Shown: piece by piece, positions 1 through 8,878 of the stretch
Numbering within the stretch: position 1 is the first letter of the stretch
Layout: every line of letters starts with the position of its first letter
Assembly (NCBI GenBank): GCA_034440375.1
Contig: JAWXBZ010000162.1
Location: forward strand, 1-25,123
Origin: Candidatus Eiseniibacteriota bacterium
GTDB taxonomy: Bacteria > Eisenbacteria > RBG-16-71-46 > JABDJR01 > JAWXBZ01
DNA length: 25,123 nucleotides
Direction: 5' to 3'
The notes under the pieces: generated by a model
The model's database searches: none
What the model was told of the DNA's origin: nothing
Seen by the model: only the letters and a program-made list of their open reading frames with translations
Translations under genes and position numbers: made by a program

Positions 1-1
1 C

Positions 2-1018
2 GGCGCCGCGGCGCCGTTGTTGACCAGGAAGGACTTCGTTACCGATCAGGAAGTCCGCTGGTGCCCGGGCTGTGGTGACTACGCGATCCTGAATGCCGTA
101 CAACAAGTATTTCCGAAGCTCGGCATCCCGCGCGAGAAGTTTGTGTTCATCGCCGGGATAGGCTGTTCGAGTCGCTTTCCGTATTACATGAACACGTACG
201 GCTTCCACACCATCCACGGCCGGGCGCCGGCCGTGGCCACCGGCGTCAAGCTCGCCAACCCCGACCTGTCGGTGTGGGTGGCCACCGGTGATGGCGATGC
301 CCTCTCGATCGGTGGCAATCACCTTATCCACGCGCTGCGCCGAAATGTCGACATCAAGATCCTGATGTTCAACAACCGTATTTACGGCCTGACCAAGGGG
401 CAGTATTCACCCACTTCTGAAGTCGGCAAGAAGACCAAGTCGACGCCCTACGGTTCGGTGGATGCCCCGATGAACCCCATTTCACTGGCGCTCGGCGCCG
501 AGGCGTCGTTCGTGGCGCGATCGGTTGACGTGTACGCCCAGCATCTCCAGGACGTCCTGATCCAGGCGGCCAACCACAAGGGCTCCGCCTTCATCGAGAT
601 CCTGCAGAACTGCAACATCTTCAACGATGGGGCCTGGGAAGAGGTGGCCGACAAGGGGGTGCGGGACGATCGAAATGTGGACCTGCGTCATGGGCAGCCG
701 ATCATCTTCGGCAAGGCCCGGGACAAGGGGTTTGTACTTTCCGGATTCGATATCAAGGTGGTCACGATCGGAGAAGACGGCATCACCGACAGGGACCTCC
801 TGGTTCATGACGCGTCGGATCCGCAGGGGCGGCTGGCCTGGATTCTGTCGCGGCTCACCTGGCCGGATTATCCGGTGCCTATCGGGGTGTTCCGGGCCAC
901 GGAGCGGCCGACGTTCGAGCGGGCGATGCATGAGCAGCTGGTTCGGGCAAAGGCCGACAAGGGGGCGGGGAGCCTCGAAAAACTGCTGTCCGGCGGGGAA
1001 ACCTGGGTGGTGGGGTAG
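2..1018 (+). CDS. korB: 2-oxoacid:ferredoxin oxidoreductase beta subunit (TPP-binding); true start probably upstream of the window
   Basis: N-terminal WCPGCGD, GIGCSSR, HTIHGRA, TPP-binding GDGDALSIGGNH...NNRIYGLTKGQYSPT, and EILQNCNIFN. The frame is open back to position 2. Substrate (2-oxoglutarate or other) is not determinable. Confidence 0.93.
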   Translation, partial: GAAAPLLTRKDFVTDQEVRWCPGCGDYAILNAVQQVFPKLGIPREKFVFIAGIGCSSRFPYYMNTYGFHTIHGRAPAVATGVKLANPDLSVWVATGDGDALSIGGNHLIHALRRNVDIKILMFNNRIYGLTKGQYSPTSEVGKKTKSTPYGSVDAPMNPISLALGAEASFVARSVDVYAQHLQDVLIQAANHKGSAFIEILQNCNIFNDGAWEEVADKGVRDDRNVDLRHGQPIIFGKARDKGFVLSGFDIKVVTIGEDGITDRDLLVHDASDPQGRLAWILSRLTWPDYPVPIGVFRATERPTFERAMHEQLVRAKADKGAGSLEKLLSGGETWVVG

Positions 1019-1026
1019 GAACGGAT

Positions 1027-1073
1027 AAAAAAAGGCGGGAGGTCGGCGGGCTGCGTTCGCCAACCTCCCGACC
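1027..1073 (-). terminator. Intrinsic terminator on the minus strand
   Basis: Minus strand reads GGTCGGGAGGTTGGCG-aacgcagcc-CGCCGACCTCCCGCC followed by T7 (A7 at 1027-1033 on +). The T-tract orientation and a G-U pair that would be a C-A mismatch on + both favour the minus strand. Confidence 0.8.
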
Positions 1074-1275
1074 GACGGTCCTGGACGAATCCAGGAACGC
1101 GCTTGGGGTCAGGGGTCACCTTTGCAGGATTTCTGCCCCTGAATGCTGCAGGGAGGGTTCGCTCGGGCCATCAACCCGGCTTGCCCTCCCTACCTCGCAC
1201 AATCTGAACTCTCGGATACTCTCTCGGTTTGTCATCAGCAGGTGTGTCTACCCACTGGCGACAAAGAGAGATTAG
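1027..1275 (-). ncRNA. Candidate structured small RNA, family not recognised
   Basis: Five consecutive hairpins (1219-1270, 1148-1193, 1109-1142, 1079-1096, 1034-1073). On the minus strand they show GCAA and UUCG tetraloops, several G-U pairs and a terminal U-tract. No credible ORF. The 5' end is approximate. Confidence 0.6.
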
Positions 1276-1286
1276 TCCCGGAATAT

Positions 1287-1342
1287 GTAAATGTCGCACC
1301 CGTAATGGTAAAGAGTTGTCAACGCTGTAACCGACTTGTAAA
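1287..1342. promoter_or_regulatory. Phased GTAAA-like direct repeats, possible OmpR/CpxR-family binding array
   Basis: GTAAA 1287, GTAAA 1308, GTCAA 1318, GTAAC 1327, GTAAA 1338 (spacings 21, 10, 9, 11 bp) in an AT-rich patch directly upstream of an OmpR-family two-component operon. Confidence 0.4.
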
Positions 1343-1376
1343 CAGGCGCTGCCCGACCTACACAATCCCTTATCAT

Positions 1377-1385
1377 TGTTATACT
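1377..1385 (+). promoter_or_regulatory. Putative extended -10 promoter for the kinase/regulator operon
   Basis: TG-t-TATACT, about 40 bp upstream of the ATG at 1426. Confidence 0.45.
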
Positions 1386-1425
1386 TAAGTAGTTGTCGCC
1401 CAGACTACTCCCGATCGAGGCCCCA

Positions 1426-3210
1426 ATGCCCCAGCAAAGCCCAAGATGGCGTCGGCACGGCCTCTGGCTGGCTTTCCTGGCTGTTCTCGCGCCGCTTGGC
1501 ATCTTGCTGTTTCTGCAGTACCGAACGCTTCGGAGGCTCCAGGACGTCTCCCAGACGGCCCAGGCAGCGGTGTTTGACAACTACCTCGGGGCCATCGTCT
1601 CGGAGATCCGCTATTTCTACCTCACACGGGCCGAGACGGTCCTGAATGTCTCCTCGTCAGCCCTGGCCGCCCAGAACCTTGAGGAGATCCGGCGGGGGTG
1701 GCAACGGGCCGACCTGAACGGCGTGAAGCGGCTCTACCTCCTCACTGATGCCGCTCCGACAAACCAGCAACTCCTCATATTTGACCCCGTGGAGCAAGAT
1801 TTCACCACGGCCGTCGACTTGCGCGAATCGCAGTCGATTCTGCGGGGCGCCACGCTCTGGGTTACCGGCGTCTCGACCAGCGGCGACCAGAAGGATTCCC
1901 CCCGTCTTCGGGTGGACGAGCGGGACACCGATTTTCGCCAGATCATGAAGCCGATCCTCGATGACGAGGGGCAGGCCATCGGCATGGCCGGCATGGTCCT
2001 CGACGAGGATTACGTGAAAAGGGCCCTGCTACCCATGGCGATCCAGAACGCCCTGCCGACCTACTTTCAGGACGCCAGTCGGAACGACATCATGCTGCGG
2101 ATCCGGGATCTCGACGACCGGATCATCATGGGGACACGCCGGACGGACGTGGCGGGGCCGCCGATTCGACTCTCCTTTCCTTTTGTCTTTCGGGACTGGA
2201 CCCTCGAGATCCAGGGCGCCACACCGGCCCCGGCGCAGCTCCTTCAGGCCAATTTCGCCCTCTGGATCACGCTGTCGCTGCTCGTGGCGGGGGTCCTGGC
2301 CGTGGCCATCGCGCTGGCGTTGTCGGCGGCGGCCCGGACGATGCAGCTTTCCGAGATGAAAACGGACTTTGTGTCGAACGTCTCACATGAGTTACGCACG
2401 CCGGTGGCCTCGATCCGCGTCTTTGGCGAACTCCTTCGAGGGGGTCGGGTCCAATCGATGGAGAAGGTCCGGGAATATGGCGCGGCCATTGAATCTGAAA
2501 GCCGACGACTTTCTGATCTGATCGACAACGTCCTGGACTTTGCCCGCATCGAATCCGGCCAGAAGACCTATCGGCCAGTTTCGGCCGACTTGACGCCTCT
2601 CGTGGGCACCGTTCTCGATGCCTTCCGGGGCCGTCTGCACAACTCCGGGCACGATGTGGTGGTGGAAATGCCCCACGGACCGCTGCCGGCCGTGGACATC
2701 GATGCGGACGCCTTCGGATTGGCGTTGAACAATTTGCTCGATAATGCCGTCAAGTACTCAGGCGATTCCCGGAGGGTCTTTTTGCGCCTGCTTTCCAGTC
2801 CCGGTTCCGTCATCATTGAAGTTGAGGATGAGGGCATCGGGATCCCCGAAGAGGAGCAGGCCAAGATTTTCGAAAGATTTCACCGGGTGGGGACGGGTTC
2901 GGTGCACGACGTCAAGGGGAGCGGGCTTGGCCTTGCCATCGTGCAACACATCATGAAGGCTCACCATGGAAGGGTTGTGGTCGACAGCAAACCGGGACGG
3001 GGCAGCATCTTTCGCCTTCACTTCCCGGTTGCCCGAACACACCCTGCCACCGGGGCGAACACGGAAACCATGACCGCCCGCCGTGCCTCGGTGACTGAAG
3101 TTGACCACCAGATGACTGAAGTTGACCATCAGGTGACTGAAGTTGACCACCAGATGACTGAAGTCGACCGGTCGATGAGTGAGCCCGACCCCCGGGTGGG
3201 AAGAGGATGA
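1426..3210 (+). CDS. Membrane sensor histidine kinase (two TM segments, extracytoplasmic sensor, HisKA, HATPase_c)
   Basis: H-box [13 protein letters not shown]-box [11 protein letters not shown]1 VEDEGIGI, F-box IFERFHR, G2 GSGLGLAIV; two hydrophobic stretches; GAGG at 1417-1420 before ATG 1426 (the ORF track starts at 1393). Confidence 0.95.
   Translation: MPQQSPRWRRHGLWLAFLAVLAPLGILLFLQYRTLRRLQDVSQTAQAAVFDNYLGAIVSEIRYFYLTRAETVLNVSSSALAAQNLEEIRRGWQRADLNGVKRLYLLTDAAPTNQQLLIFDPVEQDFTTAVDLRESQSILRGATLWVTGVSTSGDQKDSPRLRVDERDTDFRQIMKPILDDEGQAIGMAGMVLDEDYVKRALLPMAIQNALPTYFQDASRNDIMLRIRDLDDRIIMGTRRTDVAGPPIRLSFPFVFRDWTLEIQGATPAPAQLLQANFALWITLSLLVAGVLAVAIALALSAAARTMQLSEMKTDFVSNVSHELRTPVASIRVFGELLRGGRVQSMEKVREYGAAIESESRRLSDLIDNVLDFARIESGQKTYRPVSADLTPLVGTVLDAFRGRLHNSGHDVVVEMPHGPLPAVDIDADAFGLALNNLLDNAVKYSGDSRRVFLRLLSSPGSVIIEVEDEGIGIPEEEQAKIFERFHRVGTGSVHDVKGSGLGLAIVQHIMKAHHGRVVVDSKPGRGSIFRLHFPVARTHPATGANTETMTARRASVTEVDHQMTEVDHQVTEVDHQMTEVDRSMSEPDPRVGRG
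3091..3174 (+). repeat. In-frame 21-bp tandem repeat, 4 copies, encoding (V/M)TEVDHQ
   Basis: gtgactgaagttgaccaccag / atgactgaagttgaccatcag / gtgactgaagttgaccaccag / atgactgaagtcgaccggtcg. Confidence 0.95.
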
Positions 3211-3218
3211 GGATCGCC

Positions 3219-3899
3219 ATGCCCCGTGTACTGATTGTCGAAGATGATGCCTCGATGGCCGTCGCTCTGAAAGACGGTTTCGAGTATGAAGGTTATGCTG
3301 TCACCGTGGCCAAGGACGGCGCAGCCGGCCTCCGGCTCGCGAGCGAAGCCACACCCGACCTCATGATCCTGGACGTCATGTTGCCCAAGATGAGCGGGCT
3401 CGACGTCTGCCGTCAGATCCGCTCCGACGGCCACAAGCTGCCGATCATCATGCTCACCTCGCGCGGGCAGGAAATCGACAAGGTGCTGGGGTTGAAACTC
3501 GGTGCGGATGACTACATCACCAAGCCGTTCGGCTTCCTCGAACTCATGGCCCGGGTCGAGGCCCTGCTTCGTCGCAGCAACGGGCGCAACGATGCCGCGG
3601 AGTCCTACCAGTTCGGCAACGTATCGGTGAACTTTCGGAAGAGCGAGGTGCAGAAGAACGGCGAGTCCGTGGATCTGTCGCCCCGCGAGTTCCGGCTGCT
3701 CAAGTTCCTGATCGAGCATCGCGGCGAGGTGATCAGCCGTGACCAGCTCATGGAAAGCGTCTGGGACTACGAGAACGCGCCATTGACCCGCACGGTCGAC
3801 ATGCACATGGCCAAGCTCCGCCGGAAGATCGAGGAGCGGCCGAATGAGCCGGCCTGGCTCGTGACGGTGCACCGGGTGGGGTACAAGTTTACCGGTTAG
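3219..3899 (+). CDS. OmpR/PhoB-family DNA-binding response regulator
   Basis: VLIVEDD, phosphoacceptor [25 protein letters not shown], winged-helix end [15 protein letters not shown]...VHRVGYKF. Alternative start at 3207 overlaps the kinase stop. Confidence 0.96.
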   Translation: MPRVLIVEDDASMAVALKDGFEYEGYAVTVAKDGAAGLRLASEATPDLMILDVMLPKMSGLDVCRQIRSDGHKLPIIMLTSRGQEIDKVLGLKLGADDYITKPFGFLELMARVEALLRRSNGRNDAAESYQFGNVSVNFRKSEVQKNGESVDLSPREFRLLKFLIEHRGEVISRDQLMESVWDYENAPLTRTVDMHMAKLRRKIEERPNEPAWLVTVHRVGYKFTG

Positions 3900-5149
3900 C
3901 GAACGACGATCGTCTTCGCTCTTGGCTTTGCCGGTACAACCGAATCCATGTCTTCATCGGAGTTCTCGGCGGCCTTCCACTTGAGGCCGTTGCCGCTCCA
4001 GCGCGCACGGACGCCACGCATGTCGACATGAACAAAGGGGCCATGGTTCCCCTCGGAGTTGTATACGCCGAGGCCCCCCGGACGGCCGGCGTATTCCTCG
4101 CGCCGCCAGAGTTCCTCGATCCACGCCGCCAGGGTGATGGCGTCCTTGCCGTTCAGAACCCCGTCCTGATTGAGGTCGTCCATGACCTGGTCGCCGTTGG
4201 AATCGACGATGATGTCGGCCGCATCGCCGAACTGATGCCGGGACAACTGGACGTTTCCGAGCGATCGATTGTAGTGGGGCGTCCGATAGCCGCTCATGAT
4301 GAGAATTGGGCGGCCGGGAGCTTTTGGCGCAACGGACACGCCAGGCGTGATGCCGACCAGTTGGATGGTGGCGCCGGCCGGCTCGGTGCGGGAGCAACGG
4401 AAGCCTTCCAGCTCGACGCGGTCGACGATGGCTTCGAGGAACGCGAGCAGCTCCGGTTTCAGAGCGACATATCGGTCGCCGGCACCATGCTGCTTGCAGG
4501 CGAAGTCCTGAAGAAAGAAGCGCGGTGACACCTTGATCGGCTGGGCCGCGAGCTTTGGCAACTTGAGGAAGCCGGGCGGCGGCGTGTAGTCGGCGGTGGC
4601 GGCATCCTTCTTCGCACCGGATTTCGGGGGGTAGCGGCCGATCCGATAGCCGCCGAGCACACCATCGGCGAGGGACGCGAAGGGCGCCATGACCTGGACC
4701 TCGATCCGGGCGGCCTCGTTCCACCCCTCGGTCGTGGCGGTTCGGAGAATCAGGATCGATCCGCCCACGGCCCCAGGCGCCTTCCAGACAACATTCGAAC
4801 CGGCGGGCAGGACGGCGCCCATTTGCCCGCTCGTGGCTGCGCGTGACTTGACGCTCGATGGCAGAACGAAGCGGCCATCACCCGACCAGCGAAATGCGGC
4901 ACCGCCGGGAACGCGAGTTGACAGCGTGATGGTCTGGCCGGGCAGAACGAAGAGGGTATAGCCCTGGCGCCAGGCGGGAAGGTCGACGATGCGAATGGAC
5001 AGGTCCTCGCTCGGCGACGCCGTGATTCGGGGGTGGTGATCCGCAGTCGATAGATTGGCAGTCTCGGGCGACATCGCCCGAACCAGCGAGGGGGTGGTGG
5101 TTGCAAGGGCAAAAACCATCAGGTACCGGGCAAGCTGCTTTGCTCTCAT
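3896..5149 (-). CDS. Exported peptidase M15A / DUF882 (YcbK/MepK-like) Zn peptidoglycan peptidase with long N-terminal extension
   Basis: [20 protein letters not shown] (H-x6-D) and GLGVY...FVHVDMRG (HxD) motifs; signal-peptide-like start [25 protein letters not shown] at 5149. Confidence 0.85.
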   Translation of the reverse strand: MRAKQLARYLMVFALATTTPSLVRAMSPETANLSTADHHPRITASPSEDLSIRIVDLPAWRQGYTLFVLPGQTITLSTRVPGGAAFRWSGDGRFVLPSSVKSRAATSGQMGAVLPAGSNVVWKAPGAVGGSILILRTATTEGWNEAARIEVQVMAPFASLADGVLGGYRIGRYPPKSGAKKDAATADYTPPPGFLKLPKLAAQPIKVSPRFFLQDFACKQHGAGDRYVALKPELLAFLEAIVDRVELEGFRCSRTEPAGATIQLVGITPGVSVAPKAPGRPILIMSGYRTPHYNRSLGNVQLSRHQFGDAADIIVDSNGDQVMDDLNQDGVLNGKDAITLAAWIEELWRREEYAGRPGGLGVYNSEGNHGPFVHVDMRGVRARWSGNGLKWKAAENSDEDMDSVVPAKPRAKTIVVR

Positions 5150-5333
5150 GGGCTCCAATACGTTGAGTTGAAGGTCGTTAGGAGGGCGGCCGGAACGAGA
5201 GTGCTGGCGCTGCAGCTGCCAGCGGACATAAGACAACTGCGAGAGTACGCTGTTCCCAATGAGATCGGCTACCTTTAAGTTTGTCTGAAGTCGGTGCTAC
5301 CAAACAAATGAAAAGGGGTTAAACTCGTCTCCC

Positions 5334-7052
5334 ATGCGCAACTCCCTTAGAATCGCTCTAATTGCCTCTGCGATAACAAGTTGGGTCTATTCACCTGCAT
5401 GGTCCGGGGTCGATCTGGTGGGGCGGGTGGCCCCGGAGCGGCTGGATCAGGCTGAATTGGCCCGGCTTCTGACGCCCGGGCCGCCTTCTGCCGCCCATGC
5501 GGACCTCCTGAAACCGGAGTGGACGGCAGAAGCCTACCGCCGCCATGACCATCGACCGATTTTTGTCGGATCGGCTGCCGGCCTGGCCCGCGCGGATGAC
5601 CTGTTGGCGGCCCTGCGGGAGGTGTCGTCGGAGGGGCTGGCCCCCGCCCGGTACCGCCCCGAACCGCTCGAAGCTGCGATTGCCGCCATTCCGAAAACGC
5701 CGAACAACTGGTGGGAGCGCCTGACGACGATGGGGCAGTCCGCCGGAACGGCGAGGGCCCTGGCCGATGTCGACCGGCTCCTGACCGATCGATATCTGGC
5801 ACTGGCCGCCGATCGCCGCGGCCTCACCGACAGGGACAGCGCCCGGGTCGATTCGTTGATCGGGCTCCTCGCAGCCCCGCCGCCGCCTCCGATCGGCATC
5901 TGGGCACCCGCCCATCCTCAATATAAGCGGTTGATGGACGCCCTGGCCCTGTACCGGAAGCTGGCTGGCGCCGGCGGGTGGCCGACCATCGATGCCGGCG
6001 GAAAACTCCAGAAGGGTGATCGCGACTCGCGAGTCGGGCAAATCCGGGCCCGGCTCGATGCCGAGGACCGACTCCTGCGACAGTTCGGCGGAATCTCGAG
6101 CGATAGCCTGGCCAGTTTCGCCGTGGCTGAACCGGAACTGTTTGACGCCGGACTCAAGAAACGGCTCGCCGATTTTCAAATTTCCCACGCACTGGAAGGT
6201 GACGGGGTGGCCGGCAAGGGGACGGTGGTGGAGATGAACATCACTGCCGGGGAGCGTGTGCGCCAGATCGAACGGACGCTGGAACGATGGCGGCATGGTC
6301 CAGGCGACGCCCCCGAACATCGCGTTGAAGTGGTGATCCCCGGCATGTGGCTCGAGCTTTACGAGGATGGGAATCCGGTGCTGACGCTGAAGACCGTGGT
6401 CGGCTCCGGTCGCGAATCAGCGGCCTGGAAAGGAAAGACCTCCGTGGCCGAAACGCCCGAGCTGATCGACATGATCGAGCGAATCGAAGTCAACCCGAAG
6501 TGGCACATCCCCGAGATCATCATCCGGACCGAGCTCCTGTCGAAGGAGAAGAAGTCGCCGGGTTTTCTCGACAAGGGTGGGTACGAGTGGTACCAGCCGG
6601 GAACCGGCAAGTTCGGACCAGCTTCGGAACTGCCCGACTCCGTCTGGGGGGGGAAGAAACGACTCTTCCTGCGTCAGCGTTCCGGTGATGCCAATGCTCT
6701 CGGCAAGATGAAATTTCTCTTCCCGAATCCCTTTGCTGTGTACCTGCACGACACGCCCGACAAGAAGTACTTCAAGCGGACGCGACGGGCGTTCAGCCAC
6801 GGTTGTGTGCGGGTGGAGAATCCGTCCGAACTGGCCCAGAGGCTCATCGCGTCTACGGAGACAAAACCACCGAAGACTCTTTCGGAAATGCTGAGGAGCT
6901 CCAAACTTCACACCGTGACCATGACACCCCACGTGCCGATTCACCTCCTGTATCGGACCACCTGGGTTCAGGCGGATGGCCGGGTTCGTTTCCTGAATGA
7001 TCTGTACGGCTGGGATGCCTCTTTCGATTCGCTGAGCGCCGAACGACGATGA
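5334..7052 (+). CDS. Murein L,D-transpeptidase, YcbB/LdtD-like (scaffold, PG-binding and YkuD domains)
   Basis: Signal peptide; HPQYKRL, GGWPTI...LQKGD, FQ-x-x-HAL-x-x-DG PG-binding motif; NALGKMKFLFPN, VYLHDTP and catalytic FSHGCVRV. Confidence 0.92.
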   Translation: MRNSLRIALIASAITSWVYSPAWSGVDLVGRVAPERLDQAELARLLTPGPPSAAHADLLKPEWTAEAYRRHDHRPIFVGSAAGLARADDLLAALREVSSEGLAPARYRPEPLEAAIAAIPKTPNNWWERLTTMGQSAGTARALADVDRLLTDRYLALAADRRGLTDRDSARVDSLIGLLAAPPPPPIGIWAPAHPQYKRLMDALALYRKLAGAGGWPTIDAGGKLQKGDRDSRVGQIRARLDAEDRLLRQFGGISSDSLASFAVAEPELFDAGLKKRLADFQISHALEGDGVAGKGTVVEMNITAGERVRQIERTLERWRHGPGDAPEHRVEVVIPGMWLELYEDGNPVLTLKTVVGSGRESAAWKGKTSVAETPELIDMIERIEVNPKWHIPEIIIRTELLSKEKKSPGFLDKGGYEWYQPGTGKFGPASELPDSVWGGKKRLFLRQRSGDANALGKMKFLFPNPFAVYLHDTPDKKYFKRTRRAFSHGCVRVENPSELAQRLIASTETKPPKTLSEMLRSSKLHTVTMTPHVPIHLLYRTTWVQADGRVRFLNDLYGWDASFDSLSAERR

Positions 7053-7080
7053 GCACCGGTCTGCCGGCCGCCTGGTCGAA

Positions 7081-7806
7081 ATGACCGACGGCCGCCGCCG
7101 CCGTTACGCCGCGCCGACGAGATTCACGAACCGTCGGCTGACCTCCGCCGAGCATCTCGATGACACCACACTCTCCGCGAACGACCGCGCTGCCAGCTAC
7201 CGTGACCTGGAGCGGTTCGACCGCTGGCCCTTCCAGTACGGGCCACTCGAAGCGGGTGTGTTGAGGCTTCTGCGAGGGGCTGCCGTCCGCCCTGTTGAAA
7301 TCCTGGAGGTGGGCGCAGGGACGGGGCACACCGGGCGACGCCTGGCGATGTCGCTCCGGCGGCGGGGCATCGACGTGCGGTTGCATCTCACGGATCGCTG
7401 TCTCGAATTCCTTGAGTCGACAGCGGGAAACGATGAGCAGGTGAGCCGCATCGACTGGCTGACCGACCCGCTGCCGGCGGCCGATATCGTCGTGGCCAAC
7501 CTGGTCCTCCACCACTTCGAGACGCCGGTCGCGGTCACGGCGCTTTCGCGGGCCGCCCGTGCGGCGCGGATCGGCGGCGTGATCTACGATCTCAATCGAC
7601 ACGCGGTGGTTTTTCACTTCCTGCGGCTGACATTGCCGCTGGTCGCCACGAGTCCGATGACGCTGGCCGACGGACTGATCTCGGTGCAGCAGTCGTTCAC
7701 GCCGGCGGAGCTGGCCGAACTGGCACGGGCCGCGGGAATCGTGGCGCCCGAGGTGACGACGCACGGCCTCCTGCGCAACCGGCTTCTCTGGCGGAGTGCG
7801 GCCTGA
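7081..7806 (+). CDS. SAM-dependent methyltransferase of the type usually found beside type III PKS genes
   Basis: ILEVGAGTG motif I, DIVVANLVLHHF, IYDLNRH, DGLISVQQSFTPAEL, N-terminal EHLDD. Confidence 0.85.
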   Translation: MTDGRRRRYAAPTRFTNRRLTSAEHLDDTTLSANDRAASYRDLERFDRWPFQYGPLEAGVLRLLRGAAVRPVEILEVGAGTGHTGRRLAMSLRRRGIDVRLHLTDRCLEFLESTAGNDEQVSRIDWLTDPLPAADIVVANLVLHHFETPVAVTALSRAARAARIGGVIYDLNRHAVVFHFLRLTLPLVATSPMTLADGLISVQQSFTPAELAELARAAGIVAPEVTTHGLLRNRLLWRSAA

Positions 7807-7816
7807 TGGAGCGCAA

Positions 7817-8878
7817 ATGACTCGCTTCGATCTCATCGTCATCGGCGGCGGACCGGCCGGAAGCGCGGCCGCCATCGAGGCAGCGCGGCAGGGAATGCGC
7901 GTGGTTCTCATTGATCGGACGAAACCACCGATCCGAAGAGTCTGCGGCGAAGTCCTGTCTTTTGCGGGGTGCGAGCTGGCGGCGGAATTGAGCGGGATTG
8001 ATTGGTCGACGTCGCCGCGATTCGAGTGGGCGAGGTTCACGGATGCCACGCGTCCTGGCGAATCGGTCGGGTGGCGGCCGGTCCGACCGTCGCGCGGGAT
8101 TTCACGCACGCGCCTCGACGAGTCGCTGCTCGGTGCCGCGATCAAAGAAGGGGTCCAGGTGCGGCGTGGCACGCGGGCGCGAGGGTGGGATCGGACGTCG
8201 GCGGGGGAGCTTTGTGTCCCGCTCGGGGAGGAGGAGGCGATCGTGGCGCCGCGTCTCGTCCTGGCCATCGGGCGGCGGCCGGCGGCCGGCCCCGACAGCT
8301 GGATTGGATGGCGGGAGGCAACGCGGTGCCTTCCAGTTACCGGGGGTCCGGATCTCGAAATAGTCCTCGGTGAGGGCGAAAGCTACTTTGGGCGGGCTCG
8401 GATCGACGACGGAACGGTCACGACCACGCATCTGGCGCGACACGCTGAAAGCGTGACGCCCGGTTTTTCAGGATGCCTGGGGACCCCCCGATTTCACCTG
8501 GGGAGAGCCCGCGTCGAGTCGGCGCCAGGCATCTTCCACGTCGGCGATGCCATGGCCGCCTGGCCGCCGATCGTGGGGGATGGCATCACCGCGGCACTGG
8601 CCGGCGGCGCGCGACTCGGGCGGCGGCTGGCCGATCGGAATTTCGATGAACGCGGCTGGCGGCACGACTGGCAACGGCACCACGGGCGCGCGCTCCGATC
8701 GGCCATGGCGCTACATGCGATCCTGCTCCGCCCAGCATTGCGGCGTCCGCTCTGGCGGCTGGCTCGTGCCTGGGCGGGCCTGGCTCCGCTCCTCGAGGCC
8801 CAGGTGAAACTGGCGTCGCTCAGCCGTCCCGGTGTCCGTGCCGCCACCAAAGGCCGGTACATTCCGGCAGGGTCGTGA
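7817..8878 (+). CDS. FAD-dependent oxidoreductase (geranylgeranyl reductase/FixC-like)
   Basis: FDLIVIGGGPAGS Rossmann motif, RVCGE, ISRTRLDESL, VGDA...PIVGDGITAAL; GGAG before ATG 7817. Confidence 0.88.
   Translation: MTRFDLIVIGGGPAGSAAAIEAARQGMRVVLIDRTKPPIRRVCGEVLSFAGCELAAELSGIDWSTSPRFEWARFTDATRPGESVGWRPVRPSRGISRTRLDESLLGAAIKEGVQVRRGTRARGWDRTSAGELCVPLGEEEAIVAPRLVLAIGRRPAAGPDSWIGWREATRCLPVTGGPDLEIVLGEGESYFGRARIDDGTVTTTHLARHAESVTPGFSGCLGTPRFHLGRARVESAPGIFHVGDAMAAWPPIVGDGITAALAGGARLGRRLADRNFDERGWRHDWQRHHGRALRSAMALHAILLRPALRRPLWRLARAWAGLAPLLEAQVKLASLSRPGVRAATKGRYIPAGS

Noticed and set aside
1034-1096. Hairpins as merely the korB terminator
   Set aside because: The T-tract and wobble pairs point to the minus strand, and three more stems follow. 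Some bidirectional termination is still possible.
1143-1388. Short ORFs in the korB-kinase gap (1143-1388 +, 1171-1365 -)
   Set aside because: No SD, no recognisable motif, atypical codons; the stems and promoter-like elements explain the region better.
3091-3174. Possible CRISPR array
   Set aside because: Units are contiguous with no spacers, lie in frame inside a CDS, and no cas genes are present.
3129-3872. 247-aa minus-strand ORF
   Set aside because: Antisense shadow of the response regulator.
6853-8268. 471-aa minus-strand ORF
   Set aside because: Arg/Pro-rich shadow over three well-supported plus-strand genes.
8820-8878. 59-bp convergent overlap of the oxidoreductase and methyltransferase
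   Set aside because: Stop-codon drift in GC-rich genomes commonly gives such tails; no further signal.
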